DNA of 64,000 bases from Asterionella formosa (taxonomy: Eukaryota): contig NKIB01012477.1 in the NCBI GenBank assembly GCA_002256025.1, positions 1 to 64,000 of the forward strand. The letters run 5' to 3'. Below the pieces are notes generated by a model that made no database searches, had not been told where the DNA came from, and saw nothing but the letters and a program-made list of their open reading frames with translations. Below are positions 38,706-50,703 of this stretch, one piece after another. Positions within the stretch are counted from its first letter, which is position 1. Every line of letters begins with the position of its first letter. The position numbers were made by a program, and so were the translations under genes.

Positions 38706-39239
38706 CTACTTTTTCTTCAAAGTCTCAAAGATGCTTCGAGAAAAACTAGAACCATCTCCTCGAGTGGCAGCTTGGTTAATAGAGTCATGACTGCTCCTAG
38801 AGACAATTCGTTCGATAATCTCGCCTGAGCCTCTCACGAGTCGATACCTGCCACTCTCTTCATCGTAAACTTCTTTCACTTGAGCTTGTTGGCGCTCCCA
38901 TTCTGCCTTGGTCATTGGCACCATTGGAGTTCTAGGCGGTGGTAGTGCTTGATGATGTGCGTTCGGGGCTACTCTTACTGGCAATGGATCTGTATTAACG
39001 TCAACGCGTTGGGCAGTCTCTCTTGACTGATCCTTCCTTCTCTTCTCCTTTTTCTTCTTTTTGTGTTTCCTACTTCGCCTCTTGTCTGAGCTTTCGTCGT
39101 CGGTGCTGTGGTAGGAGCGCTGTCGCTTTCGTTTATTCTGCTTCTTGGTTTGATCGTTATGTTTTGAAGTACCGCTGCAATTCTTGTCACGCTTCCTTCT
39201 CCGTTTATAGCCTACTGAATCCTCGGAAGAGTCTACCAT
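38706..39239 (-). CDS. ARL6IP4: ARL6IP4 / SR-25 family nuclear splicing-associated protein
   Basis: Lys/Arg/Ser-rich N-terminus, then PMTKAEWERQQ...VYDEESGRYRLVRGSGEIIERIVSR..H..IN..AT.GDG..F. Confidence 0.85.
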   Translation of the reverse strand: MVDSSEDSVGYKRRRKRDKNCSGTSKHNDQTKKQNKRKRQRSYHSTDDESSDKRRSRKHKKKKKEKRRKDQSRETAQRVDVNTDPLPVRVAPNAHHQALPPPRTPMVPMTKAEWERQQAQVKEVYDEESGRYRLVRGSGEIIERIVSRSSHDSINQAATRGDGSSFSRSIFETLKKK

Positions 39240-39489
39240 CGTATTAGATGCATCAAGTTGAAGCAGTAACAATTGATATGTACAGAGTCCACTGTATTTG
39301 GATGTGATTTCTTCACAAGGGCGAACAGGAAAGGACGAGACGACAGAAAAAGCGTACTAAAAAGAAAGAATTTTATATAATAATAATTATGATTCTATAT
39401 ACATAGAAAAGGTCTCACATATATACCGGTATACTGTTTATATATACCGGTATTGCATGCCGGTACTCAACTAACGTTTAGGCATTATT

Positions 39490-40150
39490 ATTAACGTCTG
39501 CCTGCCATCATTATATTGTGGCCCTTCATTCTTGCCGCAATGGTGAAAGCGATTCTGACACTGGCTATATCTGGAAACCTCTGGAAACCAGAAATGAGTA
39601 TGTCATTGATGTTGGCAGATATTAAGATGTACCCTGCCAACCCACTGTAACACACAGTCATAAGGGTATCTTTTTGTATCCTGCTGTGGCGATGAATGTC
39701 CCTTATCAAGCACTGGAAACCAGAGATGAGTATGTCATTGATGTTGGCAGATATTAAGATGTACCCTGCCAACCAACTGTAACACACATTCATAAGGGTA
39801 TCTTTTTGTATCCTGCTGCTGAGGCTGGCAGTGAATGTCCCTTATCAAGCAATGAAATGGAATGTGACACTTCCATTTGTCATTTCTTTAACAATTGCGT
39901 CATAGCTACCATAGGGTATTACCATTAGCCTTATCTAAGGATAACTCCTCTTCCACAGTGTTTGGTAGACAGATGCTGAATGTATAAACAGTTCTGGCTG
40001 CTCTTTGTTGCGATAATTTCACGTTGCTTTTAGATGGTCATTCAGTCATTGACCCACAAATTGAATGCTGGCGCATCAGCAATCCAATTTGCTGAAGCAT
40101 ATTTAGCAAGTTGAATGGGATGACCTGGTGGATATCAGATGATTTTTTGC
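39490..40150 (-). mobile_element. Degenerate diatom-type Ty1/copia pol fragment (post-integrase to start of RT)
   Basis: HPIQLAKYASANWIADAPAFNLWV ... LPNTVEEELSLDKANGNTLW / DAIVKEM ... AGYKKIP ... PTSMTYSSLVSR / SVRIAFTIAA, read across frameshifts. Confidence 0.8.
39581..39851 (+). repeat. ~132-bp tandem duplication within the copia relic
   Basis: ctggaaaccaga.atgagtatgtcattg...cccttatcaagca at 39581 and 39713. Confidence 0.9.
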
Positions 40151-40933
40151 ATTTGTCTCCATCTTCTTTTCTCAGCCTTTTGGGGTCTATTGCAAAACGA
40201 AAAAGACCTTCTTACAAGATCGCGAAAAAAAGGAAACAAATGCTTAAAAACTCAAAAGACAGCTAAGTAGCCTGTAGACGAACCAAAAAAAACAAAAGAA
40301 TGGGATAACCTGGGTATTGGTTTTTTTCTTTCGTCTCCGTTTTTTCGTGTTCTTTTGAAGTCTTTTGCTTACTACTTGATTGAACTTTGTGTTCTTTTGC
40401 TGTGCTTTCTTGGGAAAACGTGATGCTAGGTCGACTTCCGATAAAAACGCAAATTTTCAATCTCCTTTTTCGTACTTCGGCGTTTCTGACACCATCCTCG
40501 GGATCAAGTAATGGTGTTTTAAAAGACGGTTTTTGTTCTAAATGGAAAAACAAAATTTTTCTAGCAATCAATTCATGCTGGTACGTATTTATTTGTTTGT
40601 ATGTATGTACCAGGTACTAATAAAGAAGGGGAAAAGTTAAGATGTGAGTCTACGGGTGTGTACAATAGTGCATCGTATGTCTGGTCTACCGGTAATGAAT
40701 TTCTCCTATTTCTTTGATTTGGACGGACATACTATTTATTTACTACGACTGTACATATCGGTATATGGTTGCGGTAGAAATACCGGTGTTAAGTTATCTT
40801 GGTAGATTCTTTATATTTGTAAATATTTCCACCTTGGTTTCCTTTTTGTTTACCCGTGTAGAAGTAGCACATGCAACCATTCTTATAGATAGCATAGCAG
40901 TCAGAGCAACACCCATCAATCCTTGTCAGAAAG

Positions 40934-41410
40934 ATGGGAAACGAAGCATCAATAGCAGCTGGTGCTCTTCAGGCGAAGGCCAAAATGAGTCAGGCACTCG
41001 ATAGTGTTGGGGAAACACTCAAAGGCGAACCAGCCGCGAAGAATCCAAAGGATTATGGCAAGATGCACCAAAAGCGTGAACGAGAGTGAGTGTTTGGGAT
41101 TGGATGAGCCTACCGGTATACTTGCTTTGACAACTTGACTGAACTGCTTAAATAGCAATCTTTCTCAAGCGAATGAATTATTTTGTAACGTCGTTGCTAA
41201 CCATAGATGTATGCTCTAATCCATTCCTTGCTTCACAGGTTTGAAGAAAGGAATGCAGAAAAGGCACATCGTATGTCCGAATTAAAGGAAAAATGGGCTG
41301 CGAATAAGAAAATGCAAGCAAAGCATAGTACAGACAAGCCTGCTTTCTCTGTCAACAAGTTATCATCTGGAAAAGTTGAAGAAGAGAAGAAGAATTGGTG
41401 GGCCAAGTAG
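40934..41410 (+). CDS. Small spliced coiled-coil protein with probable N-myristoylation; exons 40934-41085 and 41239-41410
   Basis: MGNEASIAAG...HQKRERE joins FEERNAEKAHRMSELKEKW...NWWAK in frame via a GTGAGT...CACAG intron. The first exon is absent from the ORF track. Confidence 0.8.
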
Positions 41411-41877
41411 GATTACATTCAATTTTTAGGGTTTACATATTTCTTCTGTGCACTCAACCTCGACTTTCCGGTACGCCGTGAGTTGCGATCAACGATGAAA
41501 TGTTTCGAGCTTCTTCCCGAGATTTTTCATGCCTTCACAGCGAAATTAGTGAATACGCCTACATGCTATTTAACCCCCGCTAAAATCGTGTCATCGTGAT
41601 TCAGTGCTCCTGACTTCCGCCAATATACATCCATCATTGCAATGTACCAGTAAAGTATTCTCGTCAATGTATTTTTGAAGGCTTGCCGTGAATGATACTG
41701 TAGAATCTCGTTGTACATAGTGGAATTGCCATCGCTTCGTAGATAGGAAATAATGTCCATACCATTTTGACCAATTATTTTACCTTTGGGAGTCTCTCTC
41801 GTTAATAGATAATATAAAAATACTATTAAAAAAGCAAAAGTTGAAACACATCACTGCAAGAAATCTAATATCGACTC

Positions 41878-43740
41878 TCAACTCTTAGCACGAGTAAACC
41901 TCAATCCATCTGCCAACGCTTCTAGTCTGCCGCGTTGAATTCCGGGCAGTTCCATCAACAAGGTATGAGCATCTTGTCGATCACATCTCCCATCCAGTTT
42001 GCCTGAACTTAGAAGTGGTTCGCTCAAACTCACAGATAGATTTATTCTTTTGAACCAAAAGAACTGGACTAGCTTGCCAAATGCGTTTCGCTTCTTAGGT
42101 GGATCGATGTTCTCAGGAAGGTCGATGTTCATCCCCAGGACGGTGCAAGGCTGCGCCAGAATTTCATCTTCGGGAAATTTCATCTCGGGAAATACGAGTT
42201 CTGCAACGCGGCAACCAGACACGCCCAAGTCTAGGCCAACAGCAGGTGCCAGCAAGTCAAATGCAATTGCAAACCCGCCTCGAACAGCTTGCAACACTTC
42301 ATCCTTGCGTTGCTCCAAGGTCGGCAATTCTTTGGTGCCTCTTGGTACGACAATGGGAAGAACATGAGCTTTTGAGAATTGACTAGGGTCTGCCTGAATC
42401 TCGTTTGTGCCGTAGAATAATTCTGGTGGCGGGACAAGGACTTGCTTGCCTCCCTTGCAGTTCTTGCCATCTTCCAAAGTCATGAGGTCTTCCAAATATA
42501 AGTATTGCTGACCGCCTCGATTAAAGAACGCTGCTACCTCCTCTTGTCCATGAGTTTGAAAGTAAAGAGGTGCCACGCCGCGTTCGTAAATACCAGGTTG
42601 AGTTTTGGCTTGAAATCCTTCAGGGCGTGAACGTAACACCAAAACATGAGTCGCACCTTCCTTAACAGCTGAACGATAAGGAAGTGGTTCAAAGCAAAAA
42701 GCATCAAACGATGGCACAGTCATATTTGTCCGAGGACTATAAATATTGACTGGGGGACCAGTCGCACCAGGAACTGTCATGCTCGCTTGGAGGCATGCGA
42801 AGAGTCCTTTCCTGTCCGGTGACGAGCATGCGCCAGTCACATTGGGAATCCCGAAGAAATCTTCCGTTCCGAAGCACTTAGAGAACAGCTTGCCATTCTC
42901 GACACAAGAGCTGGCAACTCGCAAGGGCTGCAATGCATCGTTCCTTTGAAATGACTGTAAATCTAACGGTCTCAACCCCGTCGTTTCATTCATAATACCG
43001 TCCAACACAAAGGATATATTCATCCCTGGCAAAGCCCGCATTTTGCTACCTAAAAACATATCCGCAGCACTCGCAGCAATGCTTGCCATCAAACGCTTCT
43101 TGCAAACAAACTTTTCCTTTGCCGCCGGCAGAACATCGGTGTACACGTCAACGCACATTTGTCGGCTCACCATGTAGGCTCCCACAACAGAACCAGCACT
43201 ACTTCCATAGACGACATCAATGGCATCGCAGAGACCCAGGGAACCAATTGCAGCCGCCATGCCAGCGGAAACTGCACCCCTCATGCCTCCTCCTTCAATG
43301 CAGAGCGCGAGTTTGTGAGGGTCGTCCCGATGGCGAGGAGTGGAACCAGCGTGATAGCGACGGCTCAAGAGCTGCACCACTTCATGGTCTAGAATGTTGC
43401 TAACTTGAGACTCAACCATTTCATTGGAAAGATCCTTAAGTTGACGGCGTTGTGAAAAAATTTGATGCCGAAGCTCATGGACGTTGGTCACGGGAATCTT
43501 CTTCGTCGGTGCTTTGGAATTGGTCGCAAAAACGGTGGAAACAACTTCTGCTTTCTCTCTGGCTGCATCTTCTTCTTGGTCAAGTTTGCGATACTGCTGT
43601 TGCATAAAGGGTCTTATATTTGCTCGACCCATCCCTTGCAACCGGAGCGCTGTTGCGGTGGTGATGGCACTGATAGCTAGTAGTACAGTTATTGTTATTA
43701 CCAAGGACACGCATAGATTCAAACAATGGGCGAACGTCAT
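41878..43740 (-). CDS. Patatin-like phospholipase with N-terminal signal/targeting peptide
   Basis: EGGGMRG oxyanion motif, GSSAG nucleophile elbow, ASM.VP, and a DAF variant of the DGG motif. Confidence 0.9.
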   Translation of the reverse strand: MTFAHCLNLCVSLVITITVLLAISAITTATALRLQGMGRANIRPFMQQQYRKLDQEEDAAREKAEVVSTVFATNSKAPTKKIPVTNVHELRHQIFSQRRQLKDLSNEMVESQVSNILDHEVVQLLSRRYHAGSTPRHRDDPHKLALCIEGGGMRGAVSAGMAAAIGSLGLCDAIDVVYGSSAGSVVGAYMVSRQMCVDVYTDVLPAAKEKFVCKKRLMASIAASAADMFLGSKMRALPGMNISFVLDGIMNETTGLRPLDLQSFQRNDALQPLRVASSCVENGKLFSKCFGTEDFFGIPNVTGACSSPDRKGLFACLQASMTVPGATGPPVNIYSPRTNMTVPSFDAFCFEPLPYRSAVKEGATHVLVLRSRPEGFQAKTQPGIYERGVAPLYFQTHGQEEVAAFFNRGGQQYLYLEDLMTLEDGKNCKGGKQVLVPPPELFYGTNEIQADPSQFSKAHVLPIVVPRGTKELPTLEQRKDEVLQAVRGGFAIAFDLLAPAVGLDLGVSGCRVAELVFPEMKFPEDEILAQPCTVLGMNIDLPENIDPPKKRNAFGKLVQFFWFKRINLSVSLSEPLLSSGKLDGRCDRQDAHTLLMELPGIQRGRLEALADGLRFTRAKS

Positions 43741-44185
43741 GACGGGATCTGACGGGCGGATGAATTGAAAGAAGGAACTTAATGAATCAATCAGGAACGT
43801 TTACGACAAGCTTCTTCAATCTTTCCTTGCAGCCTAACCTGTGTACAGATTCGCAAGCAAATATGCAATGAAAGCCAACAATGACCAGCATGCAACCAAA
43901 TTTTACTATGATATACCGGGTACTTTACAATGGCCTACGGTAGCTAAACTTGAATCCCAACATCATTTACCATGAACAGAGATTCGATTTGATCCATGAA
44001 CGCAGCGTAGTCAAGTCGGTGGGAGATTCGACGTCGCTGTTGAGGGGTTAGGTCCGGGAAAGCATGACGGTTTTACTTCGAGCATGCCGCTATGCTGAAG
44101 GCAATCCCCACCCTAGCTATCGTCTTGCTTTTCGATGAGAACTGTGGGTGTCTAAGTAATTTTTGGTATCTTTAAGTAATTTTTA

Positions 44186-45720
44186 TTTAGGGGCAATATA
44201 GGGGCATAGTGGATTTTTCGGCAGTCAATTTTAGGTTTGAGCAGGGAACCACATCGAGCAACGTCGTCAGCAGTAGAATTTTCATGGAAAGTTTACAAAT
44301 CCATTCCACATCAAACATGCCTGGAGCACCAAATGCATGCATGAAAATGATCACACAAGAATGGTTGTAAAAAGCATCGAAAAATTCGACAAGATGTTTT
44401 GAAGCAACCATATCATGAAACGGAAATCATAAGATAAGAAGTAACAATGATAGGCAAGGAGTAGAATAAATAGTGAAAAAGAAAATGAGTTAGCTGAAAA
44501 GTCGTGGGAGAAATTGTCAATGCATGTTCAGTAACAATTGTCAACTTAAAACTTTCTTCATATCATCCAAGCAAAATGAATGAAATATTCAAGCAGGCCT
44601 GGAGACACAGCAACTGAAGGAGATGGTGCTGGAGGAATTGTGACTTGGTGTGGTGATTGTGGAGGAGCATCTGTGTGATTGTAAACTTTGGTGGCACTGC
44701 TGTATTGTGATGTTAGCATATTGTAAAAGAGGAGGAGAAGGATGAACTGGATGGCTGGAGTTTCAAGAAAAGCAAGATCACAATCAATATCATGGTTAAA
44801 AATGTTCTGGTATGCAGTGACAGAGTCACTTTTAACTGTAGGGTTCAATCCAGAAAAGATAAGCTGAGATGACAATCAACCTGCCTCGTCCATTGCATTG
44901 GGTGTGGTGTAACTTTGGAGTATGTTCCATTGGAAGTCGTTGTTGATATGAATGATGTCGATCATAATGATAGAAATGATGGTTTGGAAATCATTCAGTT
45001 GCTGCTTTGACTGGAAAGAGCAACTCCGATAGTGCGCTTTTTGTTCGAAAAGGCACAGGAGCAAATAACAAGCAAACAAATGCATCAATCAACAGAACGT
45101 ACCACATCTTGGGAATCAATTTGAGGCATTAGAATTATTGCAGCTGCGGCTGAAAGGAACAAATTTGATGCTGGCTCTTTGGGAAAATTGGAATGTGAGG
45201 AAATTACGCCATCATTGAGTTTTCAATGTGAACAACAATAGAGAATTAGAGTATTGGTATGACCGCTACTTGCATGGAAGCAAACAAACAACAATCAACA
45301 AAACATAACAGAGTGAACCAACCAAGACAACAGGAGCAGTTCACCACTGATTCCTGTTGTCATCATAACTGGTTCTTCTCCACTCAAACATAGCTCATTT
45401 AGCATACCAGAAATGGTTTCTTGTTCTCTTTGTCATTTTCGATTTATGATAATGTAACAATAACACATTAATTGTGAAAATATAACCTACAGAAACAATG
45501 CTACATTAGAGCAGTGGAAAAAGCCAACAAATAAGCACTAAAACTTGCTGTGGAGATCTGATTTCAGATAGTGTAGGACAAGTACAAAACATTCCAAAGA
45601 ATTGTAGTTATAGTCTCATGTAGAGTTATTTTGAGTTTTTATGGTAGCCAGGGTTCCCGAAAATGAGATGTTTGGCACCATTTCGTTGCTCATCGAGATA
45701 CAAATAGTAAATCGGAACAG
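44186..45720 (-). mobile_element. Dispersed repeat, copy 2 (decayed DNA transposon, possible Harbinger-type end)
   Basis: Homologous to 25030-25570 in opposite orientation. Left end TTA-GGGGCAATATAGGGGC followed by a reversed GACTGCCGAA motif. Confidence 0.5.
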
Positions 45721-46184
45721 AGGCAGTAAAAATTTTATTGCTTTTATTTATCCTTTACCTTCTCTTTGTATATTTTCATTTGAGATCTACTATTTGATCA
45801 CAGTTGGTCCTCAGAAGATGCATTGATGCAAGTGAATTTATGCCTTCATCCAAACATCATTTAACATTGCATACTCATCACACCCCTCTTACATTTGAAT
45901 ATATATAAATATGCATTATCTCATAAGCGAAATGATTGCAACTCAAGCTTGGCCACTGTGGGGAGTATAGGGCATGCCATACAGGCAACATGACAAGAAG
46001 AATAAGTCGCCAGATGAGCTGCAGCTAATAAGCAATGGTGAAAACAATGATGATAATCAATAACATGTTTCAATCTTCTGGAGACAATGATGTTAATTCC
46101 AATGACATAGTTCCTTTACATCCATCATGTGCTACAATATTATTCATGTAATGTGTGCATCATGACGTCACCCTCAGATCCTGT

Positions 46185-46580
46185 GCATGACTACGATGGG
46201 CAGATTTAGTGACATAAAAACTCAACAACAGGCATAGTGATTTTCCTGAATTGAAGTGCCATCCATTGGTTCACTAAATCGCAGAGCATCATTGAATCAT
46301 ATATATTTGGATCCCAATTTGTCACACTTAGAATCGCTACTAAATTGAACGAGGTGCAATGATAATTTTTGTGTGCTTGGTTGCCCTATTGATGGTCCTA
46401 CCAGCGCATTCTGTGATAATAACAGTGTTGAATAACATGTTGTTTACCAAGAGTCTCGATTACAGACAAGGCAGTTTGTGAGACTGTTGTTATAGTCCTC
46501 CATGAACCAGGTAATACCAACCTTGCCGATATGTTGTCAATAAAGCCGCGGTCAAGCATTTGACATGTTGCAAATGCATG
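46185..46580 (+). mobile_element. Degenerate Ty1/copia RNase H
   Basis: NSTTGIVIFLN.SAIHWFTKSQSIIESYIFGSQFVTLRIAT ... PIDGPTSAFCDNNSV ... HEPGNTNLADML. Confidence 0.85.
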
Positions 46581-47460
46581 CTTTGGTGATGCAAGTCTTT
46601 ACCGCCAGCAATAAATCCTTTGGGGGTGCACCCATATTACTCCATGTATTGTCAGATACCACTCCTCGTAGACTACCTATACATCTATAACTTGTGATTC
46701 TATCATTCAGATTAGCGTATGTGCAATATACTTTTATGTAAGTACCTTAGTCTCATGCCGTCGTTCGCTTTGTCATAGTAGTCTAGCTACCTGATCTCCC
46801 TCTTTCCAAAATTAGTTGCATCGATTATCAGGACACTCAGTTGCGAGCAGCTTATTTTAGGACAGCTTACGTGGACAACATACCATTGCTCCACATGAGG
46901 GTTGGCTTACTCGAAAATATGCGCTTTCATTAGTTCTTTAGATGTACTAAGTGTAAACTTCCAATCACTAATTAAATTATTAGTATCTAAATAAATTAAT
47001 CAAAACCAGTTTAACATACATATACTCATTGAGTACATCTAAATATCGCCAAATGCTGTTTTACATCGGCTGGCCACTCAAATATTTGCAAGAAACAGAA
47101 TAACACAATTCATTATCAAAATTTTAAATAGAAAGGAATAATAGTTGTTTCATACAGTTTCTACAACTGTTACATTTACATTGACCATACCGCCGGATTT
47201 TTAACAGTAATGATGATCAAAGTGATCTTACCATCGCTTTCTTCATTGCATCATCACCACTTTCGTGGTTGCGCAATATACAATCTAAGTAAAGTTGCCA
47301 TTGTTCTACTGTTATTTCCTACTTTGTGTGTATGTTGAGATAGGTGGTTTGAAGAAAATGGGTCATCATGAATCTGCATTCTGCTCAAGATAGGCATCAG
47401 CGAAAATCGAAAAAGCCCAAATTTTTTTTTTGAAACATTATTGCAAAGTTTTTATCTTTC

Positions 47461-47794
47461 TAGCACGTTGCCTTTGATCTGAGGTTGTGAGGTTCGATTC
47501 CCACAATTTTTTGAGAAGCAATTGCTGGGTTCGACTCCCACACTCCTTACCACCTCTCACAGTCTTGCCTGGTGTGCAAGAAATAGTGGGTTAGCCCCCT
47601 ACAAGCAGCTTGTGCTGCCTTGTTCGGCGGTTGGAGTTTCCCCTAATGCTGTGGCTAAGATGATCACCTTTCTCGAAAGGTGGTTGGGGACTCACCTACA
47701 CAAACAAAAACTAGTGAAGCACAGGTCTTGTTGGCAGGTAGCACAATGAAATACTTTGCCTAGAAATAGTTCTAGGGGAGTACATATGGGCTAT
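47461..47794 (+). mobile_element. tRNA-related SINE-like repeat, copy A
   Basis: B-boxes GGTTCGATTCC (47491) and GGTTCGACTCC (47528). Homologous to copies B and C. Confidence 0.65.
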
Positions 47795-47829
47795 TGAATG
47801 TACTATCTTTTATATATATATTTAGATCT

Positions 47830-48138
47830 GGGTAATGGTTCAGTTTTTTGGGCATGTTGCCTTTGATTTCAAGTTGTATGGTTCAATTCCCACAATCATT
47901 GTTGGGTTCGACTCCCACACTCCTCACCATCCCACACAGTCTTGTCTGGTGTGCAAGGAAAAGTGGGTTGCCCCACCTCCCTCTAAAAGCAGTGTGCTGC
48001 CTTCCTCAGTCGGAGTTTCCCCTAAAGCTGCAGCTAAGATGATCACATTTTGCGAAAGATGGTTGGAGACTCACCTACACTAACAAAACTAGGGAAGCAC
48101 ATGGACTTGTTGGCAGGCTTTAGGGCAAGCTGCACAAT
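47830..48138 (+). mobile_element. tRNA-related SINE-like repeat, copy B
   Basis: A-box-like TGGTTCAGTT..GG (47836); B-boxes at 47880 and 47905; same body as copies A and C. Confidence 0.65.
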
Positions 48139-48854
48139 AGGGCAATTAAGCCAGAGAAATTTGAATTATTGATGCAACAAATATTGGACAGAGGGAGTAA
48201 CTGGTAGACCAAGGAATGACGAGTCTAGTCCAGTCTACCAGCAACCAGTATCATACCAATGAACAGATGATTGTCTGATCAGTGTTCCAACCATTGATAT
48301 GTTACTTTTATTTTCTGGAGATGCTCTGGGACAAAATCAATCAATGGTGTCCAGTTACACCTACTACTAGTCAAGTGTGATCGACTTAATAGCGCTATGA
48401 AAGATGTCAATTTAACCTGTTCACTCTCCCTAGCTTCTTTATTGTATCCCGTCTTAAATCGTAATTAAGTTGTTGTCTGTTTTCTTGATTATTCAAGGCA
48501 TTTGCTTGCTCTGAGCTTCTATTCTTGCCAAGCCAAACGCTGATTTATTGGAAGTGGAAATCGGACGTCAAAGGATGGATGAACCGTCGTGTCTATTGTA
48601 TCAAAATTGCCAAGGGTAGAGCGGCTGCTGATTCATTCCTTTTTCAATTGCCTGCAAATCCATCTTCTCCTCTAAAATGTAAATGATAATGTCGGAGTGG
48701 GCTGTTTTTCACTCTTTTTTTGTAATGCCACTCGCGATAGCTTTGCGAATGACTGCACCTTGACTTGTTAATAGTATGCAGGCATTCAAATTGTATGATT
48801 GTTTGTGTACTCCATGTTATGTGTGTATTAATTCTTCCATCAGTGCTCCAACTA

Positions 48855-49658
48855 TTACATGCAATCGTCACTTGCCAGCAAGCTCGCATGCTCTGGCGAC
48901 GTCACATCTAACGGATGATAAATCGAATCGGCACTTGCGGCAGCGGCCGCGGCTGCCACGACAGAATCGGTGTCCACCGAAAAGTAGGAATACGAATGTG
49001 CGTGCGTGTTGTATTCACTGGGTGCCATAGACAAAAGAGAGGTCGCTGCACTGTCTTCTTGCATTTCATCGCTCGTCGTTGGTGTAACTTCGTTGAGCGA
49101 GTAGTACTCCCTTTGTTTCTTGAGCCACTCGGCAGCATTCTCGACCGACGGAGAGATGCGTCCTTCCAAGCTCTCTTCGAATGTTCGTTTGCGACAAGCC
49201 AACTGCACTGCATGCTCCTTGGTTGTCAGTCCAGATTGGGCCCGAAAGAGGGCACTCTGTTCGACATCCGTTGGGACTGCAACGCCTTCCGCGTATCCTT
49301 TTCGATCTTGGCGGTTGCAATCTCTCAAGGCTTGCGTCGTCTTCTTAACCATTTCTTTCTCCGAAATGATTTGCCACGGCCCCTCAAGTCCGCGAGACCT
49401 TCGCCCCCGTCCATCTCGTTTCAGGAACCGACCAGGTGGTTCTAAATTGTAAATGTGGTGGATAATGGCCTCGGCCACAGCCTTCTTCTCCAGCGAACTG
49501 TAGGCCGTGCAGTAATCTGTGTCCGCGTGTGTGGAGATCAGCGTTCGGAATCTCTGGTTTCCAGGATGAAGAGCGATATTGACGCCTCGGCCTGACAGTA
49601 CGTCATGATCATGAACTGTTTCTACTTGACAAGAAGAATAGGGACTGTAGTTGCTCAT
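48855..49658 (-). CDS. DUF6824 domain protein
   Basis: DVLSGRG....HPGN.RFR.LI...Y...EK..VA..II..I....PPGRFL...W...KKT.QALRD. Likely start MSNYSP at 49658. Confidence 0.88.
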   Translation of the reverse strand: MSNYSPYSSCQVETVHDHDVLSGRGVNIALHPGNQRFRTLISTHADTDYCTAYSSLEKKAVAEAIIHHIYNLEPPGRFLKRDGRGRRSRGLEGPWQIISEKEMVKKTTQALRDCNRQDRKGYAEGVAVPTDVEQSALFRAQSGLTTKEHAVQLACRKRTFEESLEGRISPSVENAAEWLKKQREYYSLNEVTPTTSDEMQEDSAATSLLSMAPSEYNTHAHSYSYFSVDTDSVVAAAAAAASADSIYHPLDVTSPEHASLLASDDCM

Positions 49659-50339
49659 CTTGATACTGACGAGAAAGTGGTTGGATCTCTGTCCAAGAAG
49701 GTGGTTGGCAGGTGGGATATTGTCAGCGTTTGTCTCCTTACTGCTAGTTGAGATAGACAGGAGGAGCAATGCAAACCGAAGCACAATGGATTGCTAGCAA
49801 TGAAGTTGAGGACAGAAACAGCATATCCTGGACTTGGTGTAATTGTGATTTATGAATGGTGAAGCAAAGATACTATCACTGGTATCTGGACCCTCGTGTA
49901 CCTGGTACCTCGTACCGGGATTCTGCGATAACAATTATCTGCAAATGTGCGTACCGTAAGAAATTGATGATATACCGTTGAATATCCTATATCTTACCGG
50001 CACTATGACAAATGTAGCATACCGGTACACCGGTACACCGAAGTACCGGTATAATAAGTTGTGATACTCTACATCTGGACAATATTAATTAATTACCCGG
50101 TATTATTTTGATGAGGGCTATTAGGACTCGGAGTATACCGCAAGCAATTCAGCAGTACAGTATATACCCGGAGCTCCGGAGCATCGGTACCTGATACCAG
50201 GTACTAGAAGTACACACGTACTGATATATAGCCGGTATACTCTACATATAAATAACAGGTGAGCAAGAGGGGGTATGTACATACAATTTTATGTTCATAA
50301 ATCCTGATTGTTGCTTGTTCTGGTTGATTCATTCTTTCA

Positions 50340-50590
50340 TGAGTTGCAATGAATCATAACAACCGTTCAACAGCACTCCAATGGGCCTCTCCTGCCTGGT
50401 TTCTCAAAATGTTGAGAAAGTTCCCGACATGGTGCATTTGCGCATACTGGTCCAACTTTCTTCATAAAATACAACAGTTTAGCTACCAACCATGAAAGAA
50501 AGATAGTCTTTATGGAGAGTCACTTTGTCTAGATTTATTCTGCGAACAATTCCTGGCAATACTGGGGTTGATGCATCTCTTGGATACTTT
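50340..50590 (-). mobile_element. Degenerate Ty1/copia reverse transcriptase C-terminal fragment
   Basis: VAKLLYFMKKVGPVCANA-CRELSQHFEN..GEAHWSAVERLL (cf. VGKLLY...RPD..NAVRELS.....P...HW.A..R). Confidence 0.75.
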
Positions 50591-50703
50591 CCAAAAATAT
50601 CATGATTATATGTTGAACCATAACATCATGCTGCACAAAATCACAATCCACAATCCACAATCCCCCCCCCTAACATGCAGAGGTGGTGAGACTGAAAAAA
50701 GTC

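Noticed and set aside
47461..47915. Functional tRNA genes, SRP RNA or RNase P/MRP RNA
   Set aside because: No complete cloverleaf, SRP helix-8 motif or P4 pseudoknot; the copies are diverged and CpG-decayed.
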